Shown one piece after another: positions 36,835-44,536 of a DNA stretch of 64,000 bases. This DNA comes from an uncultured Phycisphaerales bacterium. Its GTDB lineage: Bacteria > Planctomycetota > B15-G4. The stretch lies in NCBI GenBank assembly GCA_964537035.1, contig CAZIAK010000020.1, positions 19,297 to 83,296 of the forward strand, written 5' to 3'. A program made the translations under genes and the position numbers. The notes under the pieces are model-generated. The model was not told where the DNA came from. It searched no databases and saw only the letters and a program-made list of their open reading frames with translations. Numbering within the stretch: the stretch's first letter is position 1; each line of letters starts with the position of its first letter.

Positions 36835-39534
36835 TTGCCCGTAGCAGACGTCCTGGTGCGTGCTGCCAGCCAGCTGCCCGAGCTACTACCCCTGGCCCTG
36901 CGCGGCCGGGCCGCCGCCGCCCACTTCAACGGCCAAGAAGACACCGCCCGCCGGGACTTCGAACGGTCGTCCCGGCTCTACGAAGAGCAGGGCCTCCCCG
37001 TGGAGTCGGCCAAGGCCCTGCGCAGTCTTGTCGACGTGCACCAGATGGTCGGACGCACAGACGAAGCGCTGAGATGCGCCGAACGGGCCGAAGAGATCTT
37101 CGCCGCCCACAACGAAGACCGCCTGCTGGCTCAGCTGCACCTGAACGTGGGCAACGTCTACACCCGCATCGACGACTACACCGCCGCAGACCGCTTCTAC
37201 AGCTCGGCGAGAGAGACCTTCGCCACCCTGCAAGACGAGCTGGGCCTGGCCTTCTGCGACTTCAACCTGGCGGTGGTGGCCATGAACGCCAACCGCTGCG
37301 ACGACGCCGAGCGCTCCTGGCGCACCGCGCGCGACGGCATGGGCCAGGCGGGCATGGGCATGCTGGTCGCCGATTGTGACTACAACCTGGCCTACCTGGA
37401 GAGCCGCCGGGGACGGTTCGAACGAGCCATCGACGGGCTGACCCGGGCTCGTCTGGCCTACCTCGAGAACGGCAAGCCGTCAGGGCCCCCGCTCTGCGAC
37501 CTCGATCTGGCGGAGATCCAGCTGCGACTCGGCACGGTGCGAGACGCCTCCCGTCATGCAGCTGCGGCCGCGGAGGCCTTTCAGACCCTCGAGATGAACT
37601 ACGAGCTGGCTCGGGCCGAAGTGCTCGGGGGCATCGCCAGCGCCAGGCTCTCAGACAGCGAATCTGCGTGGCGGCTGCTCACCAGCGCCGAAGAGCGCTT
37701 CGAGCAACAGGGCAACGTGGCCTTCGCCGCCTTCGTCGCCCTGCAAAAGGCTCAGATCGAAGTGCAGCGAGGTCGTGCTGCAGCGGTGATAGACCAGCTG
37801 ACCCGGAGTCGGGCGGCCCTGCTAGGCAAGGGCATGATCTGGCTCGCAGACCTGGCCGGCCTGACCCTCTGTCGAGCGCTGCTGCGTGCCGACCGTCCCC
37901 ATGAGGCATTGGCCCAGGTGACCGAACTGGTTGAGCAACGCCCTGAGGGCAGCACCCTCGACGGACTGCTCCAGGCCATCGCCCTGCGGCTCAGCGCCGA
38001 CGCCCTGTCAGCTGCAGGCGATCAGCAAGGGGCCCTGTCTGCCCTGGAACAGGCAGTCTCCACCATCGATGCCACCTGGTCCCAGGTGCCGAGCGGCGAC
38101 GTGCGCATCGCCTTCTTCCGCGATCAGCACCCGGCCTTCGTCGATCTCACCTACCTGCTGCTCGATGTGCAGCGTACCCACGACGCGTTGCTGACCTTCG
38201 AGCGGGGACGGTCCCGCAGTCTGCTCGAATCGGCGCCCCTGGAGCGCGACCCGGCCTGGACGAGAGCCCGGGAGCACCTCGACTGGCTCCTGGCCCGTCA
38301 ACTCGATGCCGAGCTGGGGCCCTTGGCCGGTGGCACCGAGCTGCGCCCCGAACGAGACCTGGCCACGGGCTGGTCCGAACAGATCACCCAGGCCCGTGAA
38401 CAGCTGGCCCACCTCTCGGCGGCTGCCACGGCGACAGCGTCGAAGCTCCACCCAGCCCTCCACCTCGACGCACACCAGCTGCTCGCTGCGCGCCAGGGCG
38501 ACGAGTTGCTCCTGGTCTACCTGTCCGGGCCCAGAGGTGTGCGCGTCCTGGTCATCGACGATGACAACAACGGCGGCTTCACCGTGGACGCCGTCGACCT
38601 GCATCAGCCCGAAGCGAAGATCGCGGCCCTCCGCGACAAGCTGTTGTTTCAGCTCTCCCGCCGAGTGGTCGAGGGGGACGACGCCCGGGGGCTCCACAGC
38701 GCCCTGGCCAAGCTGGGCAGCCGGCTGCTGGGCCCCATCTCCGATCGCCTTCAGGGTGCGCAGGGACCCCGGCCCCTGGTCATCGTGCCCTATGGTTCCC
38801 TGCACGACCTGCCCATGCATGCCTTTGAGCTCGATGGCGCTCCCCTGGCCGCCCGCCACGACGTCACCCAGGGCATCAGCGTGTGGCACCTGGCCAAGCT
38901 GAGGGCCCGCGGCGCCCCGCCAACCCAGCGGGCCCTGGGTTGGACCGTCGGAGCGTCCCTCGGGGCCCTGCCGGCCATCGACCGGGAGCTCGCCGATCTG
39001 AGCCAGACCTTCGGCGGCCGGCTGCAGACCCTGTCCCCCGATCAGCTGCTGGGGGCCCTTCACGAGGGGGCACTCGACGGTCAGCTGCTGCATATCGCGA
39101 GCCACGGACGCTTCGAGCGGGAGCGGCCCCGATTCAGCGCCATCTGCCTGGGCCAGAGATTCTTGATGGCCCACGATCTGGCCTCCATGACCTTCGATAT
39201 CGACCTGGTGACCCTCAGCGGCTGCGAAACGGGCCGCAAGCGCCCCACGGGCGGAGACGAGCTCATGGGCCTCTCCAGGGCCCTTCTCGGCGCCGGAGCC
39301 CGGGCCGTGCTGGGCAGCCTGTGGCCCGTCAGGGACGACACCACGGCCCAGTTCATGCAGGCCTTCTATACCGCCTATGCCTCCGGAATGAGCGCCAGCC
39401 GCTCCCTCACCCATGCAAGACGGTCTATGCTTGGGCAGACGAATGACCCCGTCTCCTGGGCGGCCTTCTCCCTGCTGGGCGACCCCGACGTCTCCATCGC
39501 CCCGCCAAGTGCCTCTCACCTCTGCGCTGGATAG
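36835..39534 (+). CDS. TPR-repeat CHAT-domain protein (caspase-like protease fold); the N-terminus probably extends upstream of the listed TTG start
   Basis: 899 aa with an N-terminal two-thirds of TPR-like helices. The C-terminal CHAT domain has an intact His/Cys dyad context: LHIASHGRF (His codon 39103-39105) and LVTLSGCETG (Cys codon 39223-39225). The frame is open and coding-like from 36538. Confidence 0.9.
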   Translation: MPVADVLVRAASQLPELLPLALRGRAAAAHFNGQEDTARRDFERSSRLYEEQGLPVESAKALRSLVDVHQMVGRTDEALRCAERAEEIFAAHNEDRLLAQLHLNVGNVYTRIDDYTAADRFYSSARETFATLQDELGLAFCDFNLAVVAMNANRCDDAERSWRTARDGMGQAGMGMLVADCDYNLAYLESRRGRFERAIDGLTRARLAYLENGKPSGPPLCDLDLAEIQLRLGTVRDASRHAAAAAEAFQTLEMNYELARAEVLGGIASARLSDSESAWRLLTSAEERFEQQGNVAFAAFVALQKAQIEVQRGRAAAVIDQLTRSRAALLGKGMIWLADLAGLTLCRALLRADRPHEALAQVTELVEQRPEGSTLDGLLQAIALRLSADALSAAGDQQGALSALEQAVSTIDATWSQVPSGDVRIAFFRDQHPAFVDLTYLLLDVQRTHDALLTFERGRSRSLLESAPLERDPAWTRAREHLDWLLARQLDAELGPLAGGTELRPERDLATGWSEQITQAREQLAHLSAAATATASKLHPALHLDAHQLLAARQGDELLLVYLSGPRGVRVLVIDDDNNGGFTVDAVDLHQPEAKIAALRDKLLFQLSRRVVEGDDARGLHSALAKLGSRLLGPISDRLQGAQGPRPLVIVPYGSLHDLPMHAFELDGAPLAARHDVTQGISVWHLAKLRARGAPPTQRALGWTVGASLGALPAIDRELADLSQTFGGRLQTLSPDQLLGALHEGALDGQLLHIASHGRFERERPRFSAICLGQRFLMAHDLASMTFDIDLVTLSGCETGRKRPTGGDELMGLSRALLGAGARAVLGSLWPVRDDTTAQFMQAFYTAYASGMSASRSLTHARRSMLGQTNDPVSWAAFSLLGDPDVSIAPPSASHLCAG

Positions 39535-39539
39535 AACCC

Positions 39540-40979
39540 ATGTCTTTCCCATCCTTTGCACACGCCTCGCTCTCTTGCGACGAGAAGGGTGCGCGGCGTC
39601 AGCTGTCCGCGACCCTGCTGAGCGGCCTCTTCCTCGCCCTGGTCTCGGCCCCTCTCTCGGCCCAGACCACCGCCACCCGAGCGGCGGCCTCTGGAACCCA
39701 GCCGGGCAACGCCTTCGCTCGCGGCGGCACCGTCGATGAGCCGGTCCGGATCTCCCTGGTCTCGTCGTCAGACGATGTGATGAACCAGCTCACACAGTTT
39801 CCGGTGACGCTGCTCAAGGGTTCGATTCGCACGAACTCCTATCTGGTCGAAGCCCTCCCTGGCACCAGCGGCACCGTGCTCGACGACCTCCTCGATGATC
39901 TGGCGCAGCTGCCCGGCATGCTCGTCGCCGAGATCGACCTGCCCGTGTTCACCCACGAGATCGACAGCTGCATCGACGACGGCATGGGCGGCACCACACA
40001 GGTCGGCGCTCAGCAGTGCACCGTGGCCTTCGTGGACGGCACGCCCACACCTCCCGAATACTTCGCCCAGACCGCCCTCGAACAGATCGACGCGGCCAAC
40101 GCCCAGCTGATCATGACCACCTACACTCCTGTGGTGGCGGTGATCGACACGGGGCTCGACATGTCCCACAACATCTTCGCCGGGCGCCTGGCCTCTGCAG
40201 GTTGGGACTTCGTGGCGGGCCGACCCCGTGCCTGGGACCTTCCCGACGGCGTCGACAATGACGGCGACGGTCTCATCGATGAGGCCTACGGTCACGGCAC
40301 ACACATCGCGGGGACGGTCCTGGCGGTGGCTCCCGAGGCCTTGATCCTGCCGGTGAGAGTGCTCGACGCTGAAGGCAACGGCAGCGCCTACGACGTGGCC
40401 AGCGGCATCTTCTGGGCCGTGGCGAACGGTGCCGACGTGATCAACCTGAGTCTCAGCATGACGACGGTCTCCAACACCGTCGCCGGCGCGCTGCAGTTCG
40501 CCGAAGCCAACAACGTGGCGGTCTTCACCTCGGCGGGCAACACCGGCAAGGACGTCTTGTTTCCCGGCACCTACGACCCGGCCACGATCAACTACGTGCT
40601 GCCCGGGCTCGAAGGCGTCCCCCTCGACGGCGCCGAGATCGTGACCGTTGCGGCAGTCGATGACATGGACATCAAGGCCCTGTTCAGCGCCTGGGGTCTC
40701 GAGGTCGACGTGAGCGCGCCGGGCGTGGCGGTCTACTCTGCCCTGCCAGCCAACCAGTACGGATGGTGGAGCGGCACCTCCATGGCCACAGCCGTGGCCT
40801 CTGGCGTGGGGGCGCTCACCGTGGGCATCGCCGGTCCCTTCCCGGCCAGCTCACCGGCTCAACTGGTCATCGAACAGTCCCTGCCCATCGACGACCTCAA
40901 CCCCATGACCCCCGGCGGGCTGGGCGCGGGCCGCACGGACGCCCTGGCCTCAGCCTTGGCCGCGGTTCAGGGTCTCTAG
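39540..40979 (+). CDS. secreted S8-family (subtilisin-like) serine peptidase
   Basis: 479 aa with a signal segment (LLSGLFLALVSAPLSAQ). Catalytic triad motifs: VAVIDTGLD, HGTHIAGTV, GTSMATAVASG. Starts 5 bp after the CHAT stop. Confidence 0.92.
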   Translation: MSFPSFAHASLSCDEKGARRQLSATLLSGLFLALVSAPLSAQTTATRAAASGTQPGNAFARGGTVDEPVRISLVSSSDDVMNQLTQFPVTLLKGSIRTNSYLVEALPGTSGTVLDDLLDDLAQLPGMLVAEIDLPVFTHEIDSCIDDGMGGTTQVGAQQCTVAFVDGTPTPPEYFAQTALEQIDAANAQLIMTTYTPVVAVIDTGLDMSHNIFAGRLASAGWDFVAGRPRAWDLPDGVDNDGDGLIDEAYGHGTHIAGTVLAVAPEALILPVRVLDAEGNGSAYDVASGIFWAVANGADVINLSLSMTTVSNTVAGALQFAEANNVAVFTSAGNTGKDVLFPGTYDPATINYVLPGLEGVPLDGAEIVTVAAVDDMDIKALFSAWGLEVDVSAPGVAVYSALPANQYGWWSGTSMATAVASGVGALTVGIAGPFPASSPAQLVIEQSLPIDDLNPMTPGGLGAGRTDALASALAAVQGL

Positions 40980-40985
40980 AACTCC

Positions 40986-42050
40986 GTGACCCTCTGCCCT
41001 GCTGGCTCGATGTCGAGCACCCTGTCTCGCCTGCTGGCTTGCTGCGTTCTCGGTCAGCTCTCCGGGTGCGCGGCGCCCGCAACAGAGTGTGCGCAACTGG
41101 CCACCCTTCCAAGGTCCCAGCTGACCGAAGCCCAGGCGCCTGACCAGACCGCTGGCCCGGGCGCAGCACCGCTGGCAACAGAAGCCGCCATCCGGGCCGC
41201 CCAGGGCATCGACCCGGCCACCGCTCTTGAGCACGTCGAGTTGCTGGCCTCTGACGCACTGGCCGGGCGCTGGGCACGGAGCGCCGAGGCACGGGTGGCG
41301 GCCCGCTACATCGCCGACCACTTCGCAGAGGCAGGGCTCACACCGATCGGAGACGACAACGATTGGTGGCAGCCGCTCGGGGACGAAGAGCTGGCGCCGA
41401 ATGTGGTGGGCATGCTCCCCGGGCAAGGCGATGACTGGGTGGTCGTCGGTGCCCACTACGATCACCTTCGTCCCCGAGGCCGGGGCGACGACCGCATCTT
41501 CAACGGCGCCGACGACAACGCCAGCGGCGTGGCGGGGCTGCTTGAAATCGTGGCCGCCTTCGCTGAGCTGCCCGATCCCAACGGGGCCTCCATCGTCTTC
41601 ATCGCCTTCACCGGCGAAGAGCTGGGATTGCTTGGCTCGCGCCACTTCGTCGACCACCCTCCCCTGCCCCTCGAGCGGTTGCGGGCGGTGGTGAACCTGG
41701 ACATGATCAGCCGCGGTGAGCCCGGGCTGATCTTCTGCGAAGGCGGCGCCCGCTCGCCCTGGTTGCGCTCTCTGACAGACCGGGCCAACACCCGGGTGGG
41801 GCTGACCATTCGCCACGACGAGCATCCCGACTGGATCTCTGGCAGCGATCACTTCCCCTTCATGCAGAAGGGCGTGCCCACGCTCTACTTCGGCGTCGAA
41901 GACCATGCCGACTATCACCGGGTGAGCGACCACGCCGATCGGGTCCTGCCCGGGCTCATCGCTGACGTGGCCAGGCTGTCCTTCTGGATCCTGCTCGACG
42001 CCGCCAACAGCGGGCCAGGCGAGGCCGTCTCGGGGCAGCCCGCAAACTGA
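40986..42050 (+). CDS. M28-family metallopeptidase, probable lipoprotein
   Basis: Motifs VVGAHYDHL, NGADDNASGVAGLLEI and AFTGEELGLLGSRHF. Lipobox-like LGQLSGC. ATG 41010 (MSSTLSRLL) is an alternative start. Begins 6 bp after the S8 stop. Confidence 0.88.
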   Translation: MTLCPAGSMSSTLSRLLACCVLGQLSGCAAPATECAQLATLPRSQLTEAQAPDQTAGPGAAPLATEAAIRAAQGIDPATALEHVELLASDALAGRWARSAEARVAARYIADHFAEAGLTPIGDDNDWWQPLGDEELAPNVVGMLPGQGDDWVVVGAHYDHLRPRGRGDDRIFNGADDNASGVAGLLEIVAAFAELPDPNGASIVFIAFTGEELGLLGSRHFVDHPPLPLERLRAVVNLDMISRGEPGLIFCEGGARSPWLRSLTDRANTRVGLTIRHDEHPDWISGSDHFPFMQKGVPTLYFGVEDHADYHRVSDHADRVLPGLIADVARLSFWILLDAANSGPGEAVSGQPAN

Positions 42051-42165
42051 CATCGTCTGCGCGTTGACGAGACCTCCGAGGCGCACTAGCTTGGCTGGGC
42101 AATCTGTACGCGGCGCTCGGCACCGCTCGCACAGGCTGCTCACGAAGCCTCAGGACGCCTACAGC

Positions 42166-44472
42166 ATGGACACATCTCGGCCAACTCTTGCAGCCAGCCA
42201 GTGCATTGGCCAAAGAGCCGCAGCGCTGCGCAGATCACGGGCGAGAGTGGCGACCTTTCTGCTCCTGGCAACCACCGCGCTCGCCGCACCCCTGACACCA
42301 TCGCTCACGGCCCAGGCCGCGCCGGGCAGCGGGGTCTCTCGCGAAGCCATGTGGCCCGCCCCCACCGCCGCAGACTGGCAGCGCCCCTGTCTGATCACCT
42401 GGCAGCGATCCTTCGAGGACGCCCGGGCCGTCTCGCTCGACACCGGCCGACCGATCATGGTGGCGGTCAACATGGACGGCGAGATCGCCAGCGAGCACTA
42501 CGCTGGCATCCGCTATCGGCAGCCCGAGATCGCCGCGCTCTACGAGCCCTACGTCAACGTCATCGCCTCGGTCTACCGTCACACGCCCCGAGACCATGAC
42601 GAGAACGGGCGGCGCATTCTCTGCCCGCGCTTCGGCAGCGTGACCTGCGGCGAGCACATCGCCATCGAGCCCGGGCTGTACGACCGCTACTTCGAGGGCC
42701 AGCGGGTGGCGCCTCGGCACATCGGCCTCGAGCTCGACAGCGAGGAGATGTACGACGTCTTCTACGCCTTTGACACCGACTCGGTCTTCGCGGCGATCCG
42801 GGACGGCATCACGAACCGCCCCGAGCCTCCAGCGCAGGAGCCCCGAGGAGACCTGCCCCTGGTCGAGCGGGTCAGCAGTCGGGACATCGCCGACCGCCTC
42901 GCCGTCGAACAGGCCTACCAGGAGGGCGACCAGGCCCTGCGCTCCGCCCTCCTCGACGCGGCGGTGAACAGCGGCGGCGAGGCCCCCGTTGAGCTGCTCC
43001 GTCTGGCGCTCATGGGCTACGACACCCAGCTCAGCCGTCGGGCCCGCAGCGCCCTGCAGCAGAGCACCTCCCCCGATGCCATCAACCTCATCGTCGAAGC
43101 TCTTGGCGCGCCCCTCTCCGGGGTCGAGCGCGACGGGCTGATCAGCGCGCTGCAGCGCATCGGCGAAGACTCACCCCGAGCGCGCCGACTGGCTGTGGTC
43201 CATGGCGGGCTGGCAGCAGGCTCCGGTGACGTGAACGCGGGCGCGTGGTCCGATCGCCTGCAGCTCGCGGCCACCGAGTACGACACCACCGCCGCCGCTG
43301 CGCTTGCTGCAGAGAGAGCAGACCAGGCCCTGCTCGGTCAGCAAGACGACGTCCTCTCTGCGGCTGACAGCAGCGCTCACGTCGCTCTCGCCGAGGCGTT
43401 CTTGAGCCAGGTCTACGAGCTGCCCGAGCACGACAAGGAGTCCCGTTCGTTGCTGCTGCAAGATGCGCGCAACACGGCGGCCACTGCTCGCGCCCTCGGC
43501 GCCATGGGTTGGCGCGTCGACGCCGTCTCGGCCATCGCGTCGTACTACCTCGAAGACACCGAGGCCGCCTGGCAATGGTCCGGATCCGCCATCGCTGCGG
43601 GAGTTCCCGACGACGCCAGCGACTGGAACTCCATGGCCGTCCTGGCCATCTTCGCCCAGAGCCGGCAGCAGGCGATCCGGGCAGCGCTGCGGGACAAGAC
43701 CGAGTGGCCGGGTCAGTGGCTCGCGGACGTGCACGCCGCCTGTTCGGTGCTGGCCCTGCACCCCTACGGCACCGACGACCAGATCGTGGCTCACTACGAG
43801 TTTCTCGATGCCATGGGCGCCAACGGGCAGGCCGAACAGATCCTCCAGGCAGGTCTCCGTCGCTTCCCTGACTCACCCGACCTGCACACCAAGTACCGCG
43901 GGCGGCTGCTGTCCCGTGAGGGCGTCGATCAGCTGGAGGCCGCCTACAGCGACTGGGTTCTCCGCGACGACAGCGGTGAGAGCGCCTCCTGGTACGCGGG
44001 CTACGCATCCGCCGTGGCCGCCGAGTTTCACCGTCGGGCCAACCGTGAGGGCCAGGCACTGGCTGCCTACGAACGGGCCATCGCCCACTACGAGCAGGAC
44101 GCCACCGAGCACCCCGAGGCACGTCTAGCCGCTGACACCCAGATCGCCATGGCCCTCGCAGGCCAGGCCCGGATCGCCCTCGAACAGGGAGACGTGCTCC
44201 AGGCGTTGACCCATGTGCTGGCCAGCTTCGCTCGCCAACCCGACGCCGCCGCCCACCTCGACGGGCTCAACCTCTCTGCGGTGGACACGGCCAAGATGCT
44301 CCGCTCACGACTCGAGTCCCCCGAGCTCGCGGAGGCCTCGCGAGTGCTCGACGAGGCCCTCGGCCAGCTCGACCCGCGCTTGCTGCGCCTGCCGTCCTAC
44401 GAGCGACCCAACACAGAAAGCAACCGCCGGCGACCCTGGCGCCGGGGCACCGGGCCCAACCCACAGGGCTGA
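42166..44472 (+). CDS. large secreted helical-repeat (TPR-like) protein with a possible Cys-poor thioredoxin-like N-terminal domain
   Basis: I chose the start at ATG 42166 (MDTSRP...), which is followed by the signal-like segment VATFLLLATTALAAPLTPSLTAQA. The N-terminal segment RPIMVAVNMDGEIASEHYAG...YVNVIASV resembles a Trx-fold. The remainder is alpha-helical repeat-like. Confidence 0.65.
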   Translation: MDTSRPTLAASQCIGQRAAALRRSRARVATFLLLATTALAAPLTPSLTAQAAPGSGVSREAMWPAPTAADWQRPCLITWQRSFEDARAVSLDTGRPIMVAVNMDGEIASEHYAGIRYRQPEIAALYEPYVNVIASVYRHTPRDHDENGRRILCPRFGSVTCGEHIAIEPGLYDRYFEGQRVAPRHIGLELDSEEMYDVFYAFDTDSVFAAIRDGITNRPEPPAQEPRGDLPLVERVSSRDIADRLAVEQAYQEGDQALRSALLDAAVNSGGEAPVELLRLALMGYDTQLSRRARSALQQSTSPDAINLIVEALGAPLSGVERDGLISALQRIGEDSPRARRLAVVHGGLAAGSGDVNAGAWSDRLQLAATEYDTTAAAALAAERADQALLGQQDDVLSAADSSAHVALAEAFLSQVYELPEHDKESRSLLLQDARNTAATARALGAMGWRVDAVSAIASYYLEDTEAAWQWSGSAIAAGVPDDASDWNSMAVLAIFAQSRQQAIRAALRDKTEWPGQWLADVHAACSVLALHPYGTDDQIVAHYEFLDAMGANGQAEQILQAGLRRFPDSPDLHTKYRGRLLSREGVDQLEAAYSDWVLRDDSGESASWYAGYASAVAAEFHRRANREGQALAAYERAIAHYEQDATEHPEARLAADTQIAMALAGQARIALEQGDVLQALTHVLASFARQPDAAAHLDGLNLSAVDTAKMLRSRLESPELAEASRVLDEALGQLDPRLLRLPSYERPNTESNRRRPWRRGTGPNPQG

Positions 44473-44536
44473 CAGCCCGGGCCACCGCATCAGGCCAGCT
44501 AGCGAAGAGCCTGCCACGACCGAGCGACGGGCCAGC

